Counted from the stretch's first letter, positions 1 through 8,363 are shown. The stretch is DNA of 41,153 nucleotides from Candidatus Peregrinibacteria bacterium CG_4_10_14_0_2_um_filter_43_11 (GCA_002792495.1 PFOK01000137.1:1-41153); one strand, 5' to 3'. Made by a program: numbers and translations. Notes: generated by a model not told the origin, from the letters alone.

Positions 1-2
1 AA

Positions 3-185
3 AGCAATAAAAAATATTGGGATGGTAAAATCAAAAAAAACGTTGAAAGAGATCTGGAAACTGATATTTATCTAGTGAATCAAGGAATAGCTGTGTTAAG
101 GTTGTGGGAGCACGAGATAAAAAACGATATTAATTCATGTTATAAAAAATTAAATAAATTAATAAATGCTACTAAAAACAATTGA
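3..185 (+). CDS. vsr: Very-short-patch repair endonuclease (Vsr), C-terminal part; 5' end outside the window
   Basis: My translation from nt 3 is SNKKYWDGKIKKNVERDLETDIYLVNQGIAVLRLWEHEIKNDINSCYKKLNKLINATKNN*. It fits the Vsr C-terminal pattern (F/Y)W-x2-K-x3-N-x2-RD ... G-x-x-VLR-x-WEHE. TGA at 183-185. It lies directly upstream of, and overlaps, a C5 methyltransferase. Confidence 0.6.
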   Translation, partial: SNKKYWDGKIKKNVERDLETDIYLVNQGIAVLRLWEHEIKNDINSCYKKLNKLINATKNN

Positions 186-1200
186 TTTATTCGCAGGAAT
201 AGGGGGAATAAGAATGGGCTTTGAAAGTTCAGGGTTTTTTAAAACCGTTTTTGCTAATGATTTTGATCATTATTGCAAAAAAACTTATGATCTAAATTAT
301 GGGATCTCCCCATTAACGGTCGGTGATATTACGAAAATTAAAATAGAGGATCTGCCAGAGTTTGATTTTCTGCTCGGAGGCTTTCCATGCCAAGCCTTTT
401 CAATTGCAGGTTATCAAAAGGGCTTTAATGACGAAAGGGGGCGTGGCAATCTATTTTTTCATATTGCAAAAATTATAGAAGCCAGGAAGCCAATGGGATT
501 TTTCCTCGAAAATGTCAAAAACCTCGAAAAACATGACAATGGTAAAACAATAAAAATTATAAAGGACACACTTGAATCACTTGGCTACCACATAAAATAC
601 AAAGTATTAAACAGTATGAATTTTGGCAATGTACCACAAACAAGGGAAAGAGTTTATATTGTAGGCTTTAAAGAAAAGAAATATTTTGATAATTTCAGAT
701 TTCCAGAAAAAAAACCATTAACAAAAACTATTCAGGATCTACTGGAAAGGGATGTAGATAAAAAATACTATTACAATAATAAGCCCCTCTTCGAAAAACT
801 CGACGGAAAAATTACAAAAACCGATACAGTTTATCAATGGAGAAGAGTTTATGTAAGAGAAAATAAAAGCAAAGTGTGCCCTACATTAACAGCAAATATG
901 GGAATGGGCGGTCATAATGTTCCGATAATCAACGATGGTAAAGGAATCAGAAAACTAACCCCAAGAGAATGCTTGAGATTCCAGGGCTTTAAGGATTCAT
1001 ACAAACTTCCTGCCAACCTTCCAGAGTCTCAATTATATAAACAAATAGGAAACTCCGTAACAGTAACAGTCGTTGAATCCGTAGCAAAACAAGTTGCACA
1101 AGCTATTAAATACCAATCATATGAATCGAAGAATCGTTATAAATCATATTCCATTAAATATCCACAAAATGTCATTCCTACTTACGCAAAAACAAGCTAG
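166..1200 (+). CDS. DNA (cytosine-5)-methyltransferase, type II R-M methylase
   Basis: 344-aa ORF with ordered C5-MTase motifs: DLFAGIGG (I), GGFPCQAFS (IV, catalytic Cys), ENVKNL (VI), QTRERVYIVG (VIII), RECLRFQGF, GNSVTV (X). Confidence 0.92.
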   Translation: MLLKTIDLFAGIGGIRMGFESSGFFKTVFANDFDHYCKKTYDLNYGISPLTVGDITKIKIEDLPEFDFLLGGFPCQAFSIAGYQKGFNDERGRGNLFFHIAKIIEARKPMGFFLENVKNLEKHDNGKTIKIIKDTLESLGYHIKYKVLNSMNFGNVPQTRERVYIVGFKEKKYFDNFRFPEKKPLTKTIQDLLERDVDKKYYYNNKPLFEKLDGKITKTDTVYQWRRVYVRENKSKVCPTLTANMGMGGHNVPIINDGKGIRKLTPRECLRFQGFKDSYKLPANLPESQLYKQIGNSVTVTVVESVAKQVAQAIKYQSYESKNRYKSYSIKYPQNVIPTYAKTS

Positions 1201-2295
1201 CCAGAAAAGCTATTTTGATTATCTGAAAATAGCAGGTGCCCTTTCAAATTTATTTTCCGAGAATGAAATCCCATACTTATATTATAGAATTGCAGAAAAG
1301 GTCTTTTGTCGTGCATTTGGTGCGGAAGATCTATCAAGAAGTGATGTTTCTGCGGATGCAAAAAAGGAAGGTATCGGGATTGGGCTAAAAACTTTTTTGG
1401 CAAATAATCATAAAACTTTTCAGAAAATAGCTGAATTTAATAACGACAGATCCCTTTACCAAACACTTTCAACTGAAAAAAAATAAAAAAAATAGCGGAA
1501 CTTAGAAATCTGAGAATTGAATTCACAGAAAACAATCATAATCTGAAAAAATCCCTTTATCATTGTGTGTTGAGAGAAAAGGGGAAATTTCTGATTTTTG
1601 AAGAACCGATGGATTATGTTGATATAACAAATATCAAAAACGTAAAGGAGAAAAAAGGCTCTATTATATTCAATGATGGAAAAAACGATTACGCATTCAA
1701 CAAATCAAAAAGTACCCTATTTAAGCGCTTTATAACAAAACCTTCCATTTATGAAATTGATGTTCAAATTCTAAAAGATCCTATCAGAGATTTACAAAAA
1801 CTATTTGCAGAAGGAAAATTAGTATTCGAAGAAGGGGTAAGAATACAAGGGACTGTGTATCTGCCACTCTACGGAAAGGATCAAACCGTTTTTGAAAAAA
1901 GCGGACTCAATCAATGGAATGCGGGGGGAAGAGAGCGTCATCCAAACGAAGTTTATATTCCCGTTCCCGCATTAATTCACAAAAATTTTCCTGGATTTTT
2001 TCCCGACAGAGATACTCCTTTCAGCTTGAAGCTACCAAATGAAAAAATAATGAAATCAAAAATTTGTCAAGAAGGTGGGAAAGCTCTCATGTCCTATTCA
2101 AACAAAGAACTAGGTCAGTGGATACTAAGAGATATTTTAAAACTAAAAGAAGGTGAAATATTAACCTACAGCAAACTACAGGCCCTGGGAATTGATACTG
2201 TTAGAATAGATAAAATCAATAGCATAGAATTTGAAATCAATTTTTCAAAACTAGGACGATATGAAGTATTCCAGACTAAAATGCTGAATGGTTAG
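1169..2295 (+). pseudogene. Type II restriction endonuclease candidate, split into two frames (1094/1169-1486 and 1477-2295) by a 1-nt indel in an A8-T-A8 tract
   Basis: It overlaps the 3' end of the methylase. ORF 1094-1486 stops at TAA 1484-1486 inside G-A8-T-A8-TAG. The frame of ORF 1567-2295 is already open from 1477 (KKIKKIAELRNLRIEFTENNHNLKKSLYHCVLREKG...). One extra A in run 1476-1483 would give a continuous protein of about 375 aa. I do not recognise the family by eye. Confidence 0.5.
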
Positions 2296-2307
2296 TTATT
2301 GTTGATT

Positions 2308-5148
2308 TCAGTCATCTTCGTCCTCATATAACTGATCCTTCGTATTTTCACGACTCAATGTAAGCCATTCACTGACCTTGGAAGGGATGCCGGAAAGCGG
2401 TATTTTCTCGGTCGTGATGTTGTCCGGCAAAGCTTTTAAAAAAAGCTGACCGTACTCTTTGGATAAAACCCGATTGTCTAAAATGATCAAAGCGCCGTAG
2501 TCTTTTGTGGAACGGATGAGTCGCCCAAACCCCTGCTTAAAACGCAAAATGGCGCGTGGAATGGAATATTCCATGAAAGAATTGGTGAACAATTCCGAAC
2601 GGGCGGCAAAAATAGGATCACTGGGGACATCAAAAGGGATTTTATGAATCACCAGAACCGTCAGAGCCTCCCCCTGAATGTCGATCCCCTCCCAAAAACT
2701 GCTCGTGCCCAACAAAACGGAACGCTCAGGATCATTGAGATAAGCCTTCATGACCTTACTGCGCCCACCGCTAATGCGCTGAGCCAAAAGACGGGTTTGC
2801 TGTATTTCGGGACGATTCATCAGGTCGAGGTATAGCGTTTCTATGGAAGAATAAGAAGTGAATAACCCCAATATTCCGCCATGGACTTTGGAAATAAGGT
2901 CGGAAAAAAACCGACCGACCTGCCCCATGCTATCGCGATGATTCACGGCAAGACTATCGGTTGGCAACAATACATACGCCTGAGACTCAAAATCAAAAGG
3001 CGAAGTGAGAATCAGCTCCTCAAACGTTTCATCCAACCCGAGCATTTTACGCAAGTAAGCGAAAGGATGTTGTGCGGGCTCATTGGAATCGTTTTGATGT
3101 AACTGAATGCCCAAAGTGGCGGAAGTGAGAATGATGGAACGCTTTTTTTGATAAAGGATTTTCTGTAATTTCGGACCCACCAGCAAGGGTGCCATGTGCA
3201 TCGCGACATGCCCATTGAGATCGGAAGACATCCATCGGATCTGATGGTCAACGAAGACCTCACTGGAAGCAGTTTCTTCTTTGAAAAAGAGGGAAAGGTG
3301 AGTGATCTGTTCTTTAAGGATTTCAATTTCCTGTAAAAGTTCATCCACAAAAACATCCTGATCGGGAAACGCGTTGTCTTGAACCAATAACAATCGGTCG
3401 AGCAGTGACCGGAGGGGTTTGATCCATTCATTCAGACGATGGGAAACGTCATCCACGGAAGAGCTGAGATTCAACCACTCAGAGGTCCCCAAAATCACAC
3501 GATCGATCAGCAGTTTTTCGATATAACCGGAATCGGAAACATTGCGATTTACAAACAAAGCGACAATACTGAAAAAATTCTCGACCAATTGAAAGAGATC
3601 GGGCAATGTTCCCAAGGCCACTTCGATAGACTCAAAAACGGGATCACTGCCAAAGAGGGTCTTGGCATGCCGTCGCTGAAAATCATCGAGATGATTTTGA
3701 ATGGCTTTGATGGGAACAACCGTACTTTCTTCGCTAATGCCAATTCCAAAAGCGTTGGTCGCCGTCTCCTCAAAATGATGCGCTTCGTCAATGACCAGAT
3801 AGTGATACTCGGGGAGCAAACTGCCGTCACTCGTTAAATCGGCACACAAAAGCGCGTGATTGACGATGATGATGTCGGATTCGTCGGCTATTTTGCGTGC
3901 CTGATGTAAAAAGCACTCGCCGTAAGGTTTGCACTTTTGAGGAGAACAAAAACGTTTGTCGGAACACAGTTCAAAATCCCAAATCATCGTTTCCGGACGG
4001 GTCAGATAAATTTCACTGCTATCGCCCGTAGAAGTGGTGTACTGCCATACCAGAATTTTGATGAGAAGAACGATTTCTTCGTGATTGAAGCGTGTGCGAC
4101 GTTTGAACTCGGCAAGACGACGTAGGCAGAGATAATGACTACGTCCCTTAAGCAAAGCCACCCGTGGCCCGGGATGATGAGTTTCGTGCATGTAAAGCTC
4201 ACGAAGCAGAGGAACGTCTTTTTCATACAATTGCTGTTGCAAATTGATGGTGTTGGTTGAAATCACCACCTTGGATTTATTTGAAATCGCGATGTTGAAA
4301 GCCGCGGAAAGATAAGCCATCGATTTTCCGACACCGGTCGGCGCTTCGCAGATGAGATGATAACGGTTCCGAAAAGCGTTCATGACATTTTGTGCCATTT
4401 CGATTTGTTGAGGACGATACTCATGCCCTTCAAACACACGCTGCATCACTCCTTTCTCATTAAAAAGAGTGTCGATTTCCAAAGGCTTAAGAGGTGACAC
4501 GCTGATATTTTTGACTAATTCCACCGGAATGACAGGAGAAACAAACTTGCCTGAATGCCCTTTTATTTCTTCAAAAATCACACCGCACTCCCAAGTGGAG
4601 CGGGAGACAGCCTGAGCGATGACTTCGATCCCCTTTTCCGGCAACCGGCAAAAAACATCCCAAATACACTTGAACAAATCCAAAGTCGCCTCCACATCCG
4701 ACATGGCACGGTGGCTATTTTCGTGAGCAATCCCCAATGCATCGCTCAGCACTTCAAGACTGTAACTGCCGTTTTGGGGAAAGGCGATCTGAGCGAGCGG
4801 CAAAGTGTCGATCAACCCAAGCTCATTCAATTTCACACCGGCTTTTTTTAAAAACCCGACATCAAAATTGACATTGTGCCCCATGACATAAGCATTTTGT
4901 AAAAGAGGCATCGCTTCCTCCAGCACTTCCTTGAGCGGTCGCCCTTTCTGTTTGATTTCATCGTCCGTGATCGCGGTAATCGCGGTGATGATAGGGGAAA
5001 GCTTATAATTGATTTTTACCAATGAACTGAAACGACCGACTTCTTTGCCATTTTCATAACGAATAACCGCGATTTCAATAATATCGTTCACCTTGGGGTC
5101 TACCCCACTGGTTTCAAGGTCCACGATGACAAGCGACTTTTTAAACAT
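2308..5148 (-). CDS. dinG: Bifunctional DnaQ-like 3'-5' exonuclease / DinG-family (XPD-like) ATP-dependent DNA helicase
   Basis: N-terminal exonuclease motifs VIVDLETSG (ExoI), GHNVNFDVGFL (ExoII), HRAMSDVEATLDLF (ExoIII). Helicase motifs: Walker A CEAPTGVGKS, DEAH box VIDEAHHF, and a Cys-rich insert (YLC...ELCSDKRFCSPQKCKPYGEC) between them. I take the start at ATG 5148 (MFKKSLVIVDLETSG); the longer track ORF uses TTG at 5205. Confidence 0.85.
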   Translation of the reverse strand: MFKKSLVIVDLETSGVDPKVNDIIEIAVIRYENGKEVGRFSSLVKINYKLSPIITAITAITDDEIKQKGRPLKEVLEEAMPLLQNAYVMGHNVNFDVGFLKKAGVKLNELGLIDTLPLAQIAFPQNGSYSLEVLSDALGIAHENSHRAMSDVEATLDLFKCIWDVFCRLPEKGIEVIAQAVSRSTWECGVIFEEIKGHSGKFVSPVIPVELVKNISVSPLKPLEIDTLFNEKGVMQRVFEGHEYRPQQIEMAQNVMNAFRNRYHLICEAPTGVGKSMAYLSAAFNIAISNKSKVVISTNTINLQQQLYEKDVPLLRELYMHETHHPGPRVALLKGRSHYLCLRRLAEFKRRTRFNHEEIVLLIKILVWQYTTSTGDSSEIYLTRPETMIWDFELCSDKRFCSPQKCKPYGECFLHQARKIADESDIIIVNHALLCADLTSDGSLLPEYHYLVIDEAHHFEETATNAFGIGISEESTVVPIKAIQNHLDDFQRRHAKTLFGSDPVFESIEVALGTLPDLFQLVENFFSIVALFVNRNVSDSGYIEKLLIDRVILGTSEWLNLSSSVDDVSHRLNEWIKPLRSLLDRLLLVQDNAFPDQDVFVDELLQEIEILKEQITHLSLFFKEETASSEVFVDHQIRWMSSDLNGHVAMHMAPLLVGPKLQKILYQKKRSIILTSATLGIQLHQNDSNEPAQHPFAYLRKMLGLDETFEELILTSPFDFESQAYVLLPTDSLAVNHRDSMGQVGRFFSDLISKVHGGILGLFTSYSSIETLYLDLMNRPEIQQTRLLAQRISGGRSKVMKAYLNDPERSVLLGTSSFWEGIDIQGEALTVLVIHKIPFDVPSDPIFAARSELFTNSFMEYSIPRAILRFKQGFGRLIRSTKDYGALIILDNRVLSKEYGQLFLKALPDNITTEKIPLSGIPSKVSEWLTLSRENTKDQLYEDEDD

Positions 5149-5201
5149 GATAAAAATGGATGAGGGGAATGAATCCATTGTAAGGACGAACTTAAAATAA
5201 A

Positions 5202-5714
5202 TCAACGAGAGGCTCTGTGATCATCTCGCCGATCTGCTATGCACATATTCGCCTGAGTCCATAACTCGGATAAATCCTGATCAAACGGAATGTGGAATTC
5301 CTGACAGTGTTCAAAATACCCGATGATCAAATCATCATAAGAAACAGAGTGCGAACCATAAATACGCTGAATCAAAGCTTGTTTTGCCGCCTCAACAAAC
5401 CCGGGCCAATCCGCCAAACGGTAAGCCGAATCCGTGTCAAGATACTTCGCCTCCCTATAAGAATGCCCCTGAAAACCACCCGGTCTTAAATAAATCGCGA
5501 TTTGCCGACGCGCGGACAAATGGAGAGAAGTTTTATTCAGCAAATCGCAACACCGAATGGCATAGCGGTTATTAAAGCCAAAACAACGCAGATAATGATG
5601 GGCTAAAACAATCGCCGCGTGCGAATGATGGGAACAAAGAGCCCCATTAAGCACCAGTCCCACAGTTCCCGGATCGTAGGCCAGCGATGAATTTTGAGAG
5701 ACCAACGTAGCCAT
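5202..5714 (-). CDS. Hypothetical protein (ORF-C); frame is open upstream to 5810 and is probably the 3' part of a gene frameshifted from ORF-B
   Basis: 170-aa ORF, His/Cys-rich stretch NGALCSHHSHAAIVLAHHYLRCFGFNNRYAIRCC, no recognisable family. Same strand as ORF-A/B and dinG. Stop lies 53 nt upstream of the dinG ATG. Confidence 0.4.
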   Translation of the reverse strand: MATLVSQNSSLAYDPGTVGLVLNGALCSHHSHAAIVLAHHYLRCFGFNNRYAIRCCDLLNKTSLHLSARRQIAIYLRPGGFQGHSYREAKYLDTDSAYRLADWPGFVEAAKQALIQRIYGSHSVSYDDLIIGYFEHCQEFHIPFDQDLSELWTQANMCIADRRDDHRASR

Positions 5715-6175
5715 CGCGGTAGCTCCGGCAACATAATTCCCCTCAAAAAAACGCCCTTCGCGAATCGTTTTGTATCCCGTTCGGAGCCATTGTACGGAAG
5801 CGGACGACCATTACAATACTCAGGCACCGGTGTCATCGAATCAGGCAGTTCCCGGCAAAATACATCCGCCTGTTTGCTCAGGGCAAAAATACCCTCTTCC
5901 AGAACCTTCAAAATAGCGTCACGTAAAGCATTTTGGGTATGAAAGATTGGGAGCAGACTTTGAACAAGCTGTTCGTATTGCCGAAGAGTAGGAGGCTCCG
6001 GAGAGCCACGGAACGGAGGATGAAAAGGAAAAACCTTTTTCAACTGAAAGCGTATCGATGGGATCGCCCTTCGTATAAATGGCTCAGATCCTTGCCCAGT
6101 TAAAACAGACTCCACTTCGGGGAGTTTTAAAAAATCCGAAACCGTTGATGGAAATAAACGCAAGCGGGGAGACAT
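5603..6175 (-). CDS. Hypothetical protein (ORF-B); 3' end overlaps ORF-C by 112 nt in another frame
   Basis: Track ORF 5603-6223 begins at TTG. The first ATG is at 6175 (MSPRLRLFPSTVSDF...). The last ~45 aa (IMLPELPRWLRWSLKIHRWPTIRELWDWCLMG...) look like out-of-frame read-through of ORF-C. No recognisable family. Confidence 0.4.
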   Translation of the reverse strand: MSPRLRLFPSTVSDFLKLPEVESVLTGQGSEPFIRRAIPSIRFQLKKVFPFHPPFRGSPEPPTLRQYEQLVQSLLPIFHTQNALRDAILKVLEEGIFALSKQADVFCRELPDSMTPVPEYCNGRPLPYNGSERDTKRFAKGVFLRGIMLPELPRWLRWSLKIHRWPTIRELWDWCLMGLFVPIIRTRRLF

Positions 6176-6237
6176 ACTAAAAATAAAGGGGTAAAAGATA
6201 CCCGTTTTATTGAAAAATAACAAACAAAATGTTCCCC

Positions 6238-7332
6238 CTAAGCCACTTTTCTTCCCTTTCCTCGGACCGGATTCGGAATAAACACATAAGGGCTTGTATA
6301 ACGTTTGCCACGACCGGGACCGGCGTGAATGGTTGATGGGGCTTTCCTACGATCTCCCGCTCTGCGAACAAATGGAGATGGGGTAGAAAATGATCGGACG
6401 GTAGTTCCCGCACAAGGGGGATGACCTTCTTCCCGGGAAGGTAAAGTCACGGCAATTTGTCTCCTAAACCACTCAAATAGGTTCTTGTCCAAAATGCCAA
6501 GAGAAACGAGCGTCCGCAACAACTCACCCCAGGCCTGCACAGGATGCTGTGAATCGGAAACAATAGCGACTGTTCCTTCCCTAAGCCTTGCTTCCAGCTT
6601 TTTAGCCGCTTCAGCGTCAACCGGAGGGGGTATATAATTGCCATCAAGCACCGCGAATTCATCGGAGAGAGGAGGTTCACCCTCATCCTGAGCGATTTTC
6701 CATAAATTAACGGCATACTGGCGTGCCCCCCTACAGCACATTCTAAGCTCACGGGCACCTCCGTGACCCAATAAAACCTGAAAAAACTGATATTGCAAGT
6801 TTAGTCTTGAATCAGGATCGAAAGACCAGCCCCTCATCGCCCGTGGAAGGAAATGGGTCACATCGACATTGTATGCCCGAACCAATGAAGCCAGAATAGC
6901 GGACAGCTCGAAACGCAGGAGGGTAGCCACTTCCGTGTCTTCCGACAAATGAGTGTCTGCGCTATCGGGCTCTGGCAGTGAAGAAGCATCATGTGAAGCT
7001 AAAATCTCCACCTTTCGTGCGGAAATAAGCTCGGCAACGCGCTCACGCACCTTTTGTAAGGCACCTCTTAAAGCAATCTCATCAATTCCACTAACTGCCT
7101 GCAAAACAGAATGCCGGACATCACCCGAAAAAAGTTCATAACGGCCTCTCGCATCCGGAGGTAAAAAAAGGGCAGGATCCTCACCGAGGTCTGCCAAGCG
7201 AGAAAGCTCCGATGCAAGGAAATCGCGGAGTAAAATGCGCGCCGCAATTGCCCCGCTATCCACCCCCTGAAGAACATCAAAAAAGCCCGAATATGGCTCC
7301 ACAAGACCTTTGGGAATATCAGCGCGTTTCAC
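6238..7332 (-). CDS. Hypothetical protein (ORF-A), Arg/Ala/Leu-rich and Lys-poor, with a basic Pro/Gly/Arg-rich C-terminal tail
   Basis: 364-aa ORF with a GTG start at 7332 and no in-frame ATG nearby. The other two minus frames in this interval are short and low-quality. No motif I can assign. Confidence 0.5.
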   Translation of the reverse strand: MKRADIPKGLVEPYSGFFDVLQGVDSGAIAARILLRDFLASELSRLADLGEDPALFLPPDARGRYELFSGDVRHSVLQAVSGIDEIALRGALQKVRERVAELISARKVEILASHDASSLPEPDSADTHLSEDTEVATLLRFELSAILASLVRAYNVDVTHFLPRAMRGWSFDPDSRLNLQYQFFQVLLGHGGARELRMCCRGARQYAVNLWKIAQDEGEPPLSDEFAVLDGNYIPPPVDAEAAKKLEARLREGTVAIVSDSQHPVQAWGELLRTLVSLGILDKNLFEWFRRQIAVTLPSREEGHPPCAGTTVRSFSTPSPFVRRAGDRRKAPSTIHAGPGRGKRYTSPYVFIPNPVRGKGRKVA

Positions 7333-7341
7333 ATTTATGTT

Positions 7342-7374
7342 GAAAAAAAATAAAAAAGTGAAGAGCGAGTCTTC
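7342..7374 (-). terminator. Putative intrinsic terminator after ldh (weak stem, long U tract)
   Basis: Minus strand after the ldh stop reads GAAGA-ctcgc-TCTTC (plus 7360-7374), then ACTTTTTTATTTTTTTT (plus 7342-7359). Confidence 0.4.
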
Positions 7375-7382
7375 ATTCTACA

Positions 7383-8327
7383 CTATATTTTTATTTTTTG
7401 CAAAATACCTCTCAGCACTTCCGCGGAGTATTTGAGCTTCTTTTTTTCATCAGCATTGAGCGCAACCGGCCAAACGTTCAGGACGCCGCAACGCCCGATC
7501 ACCGCGGGCACACCAAGCGAAACATCGCTCATACCATAGTCTTTACCGGGAATGGTGGAAACGGGAACAATGCTCTTTTTATCATGCAATACATTTTCAA
7601 CAAGTTCTGTGAGCACCACGCCGATACCATAATAAGTGGCCCGTTTACGTTGAATGATTTCGTAAGCCGCCTCCCGCGTTTGCTTTTCTATGGCATCCGT
7701 TTGTTTTTTGGTCAGGAGCTTTTGAGCAGGAATGGAAGCCACATTCACCAGGCTCCACGGCACAAATTCCGAATCGCCATGCTCGCCCATTACATAACCA
7801 TGTACATTGTGAAGATTGACACCAAGTCGCTGGCTGATGTTCACACGCAAACGCGACGTATCGAGCGATGTGCCCGAACCGAAGATTTGAGACTCGGAAA
7901 GTTTGATGGTTTTTTTGGCAACGTATGTGAGAATGTCAACCGGATTGGAGACGAGAATGACCACCGTATCGGAGCGGAGTTGCCCCATGCCTTTGATCAG
8001 GCTTTTGAGCATTTTGATGTTCTTGTTCACCAAATCGAGTCTCGTTTCTCCCGGTTTTTGCGCCGCCCCAGCCGTAATAATGATGACATCCACATTCCCG
8101 CAATCTTTTAAATTGCCCCCACACACATTGCCCGTTTCGGTTCCGATCAAACCATGCGTTAAATCCATCACCTCCCCTTCCTCCCGTGCTTCGTCCACAT
8201 CGATGAGAATGATCTCCGCCGCCAATCCTTTGATCATGGCCGCGTACGCAAAAGAAGAACCGACCATCCCCGTACCGACAACGGCAATACGGGTTTTTGG
8301 CGGACTGCATTTTGGTTTTTTGAACAT
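7383..8327 (-). CDS. ldh: L-lactate dehydrogenase
   Basis: Rossmann motif KIAVVGTGMVGSSFAYA, LDH active-site signature MGEHGDSE, and AAQKPGETRLDL with Gln (not Arg) at the LDH/MDH discriminating position. Confidence 0.85.
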   Translation of the reverse strand: MFKKPKCSPPKTRIAVVGTGMVGSSFAYAAMIKGLAAEIILIDVDEAREEGEVMDLTHGLIGTETGNVCGGNLKDCGNVDVIIITAGAAQKPGETRLDLVNKNIKMLKSLIKGMGQLRSDTVVILVSNPVDILTYVAKKTIKLSESQIFGSGTSLDTSRLRVNISQRLGVNLHNVHGYVMGEHGDSEFVPWSLVNVASIPAQKLLTKKQTDAIEKQTREAAYEIIQRKRATYYGIGVVLTELVENVLHDKKSIVPVSTIPGKDYGMSDVSLGVPAVIGRCGVLNVWPVALNADEKKKLKYSAEVLRGILQKIKI

Positions 8328-8354
8328 AAGAATGAATTTATTTGATTTGATTTT

Positions 8355-8363
8355 ATTCTAGCA
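8355..8363 (-). promoter_or_regulatory. Candidate extended -10 promoter for ldh (TGcTAGAAT on minus strand)
   Basis: Plus-strand attctagca at 8355-8363 is TGCTAGAAT on the minus strand, about 28 nt upstream of the ldh ATG. No good -35. Confidence 0.35.

Noticed and set aside
5202-5300. Reverse-transcriptase/DGR idea from SVSYDDLIIG in ORF-C
   Set aside because: The motif is Y-DD without the intervening residue of YxDD. No other RT motifs are present, and I saw no template/variable repeat pair in the window.
6207-6758. Alternative minus-frame ORFs 6207-6413 and 6447-6758 inside ORF-A
   Set aside because: They share one frame interrupted by stops and their translations are junk-like. The 364-aa frame is continuous, so they give no evidence for a frameshift in ORF-A.
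5200-7332. Claim of a strong GC-content island for the unknown cassette
   Set aside because: My hand counts of single lines (45-62% G+C) overlap those of the flanking dinG and ldh (about 49-52%). Only the amino-acid composition is clearly different, so I make no nucleotide-level island claim. The R-M cassette, by contrast, is clearly AT-rich.
7398-8361. Plus-strand ORFs 7398-8111 (237 aa) and 7903-8361 (152 aa), and minus ORF 7936-8310, overlapping ldh
   Set aside because: They are antisense or alternate-frame shadows of a clearly recognisable ldh gene. The translations are low-complexity and match no family.
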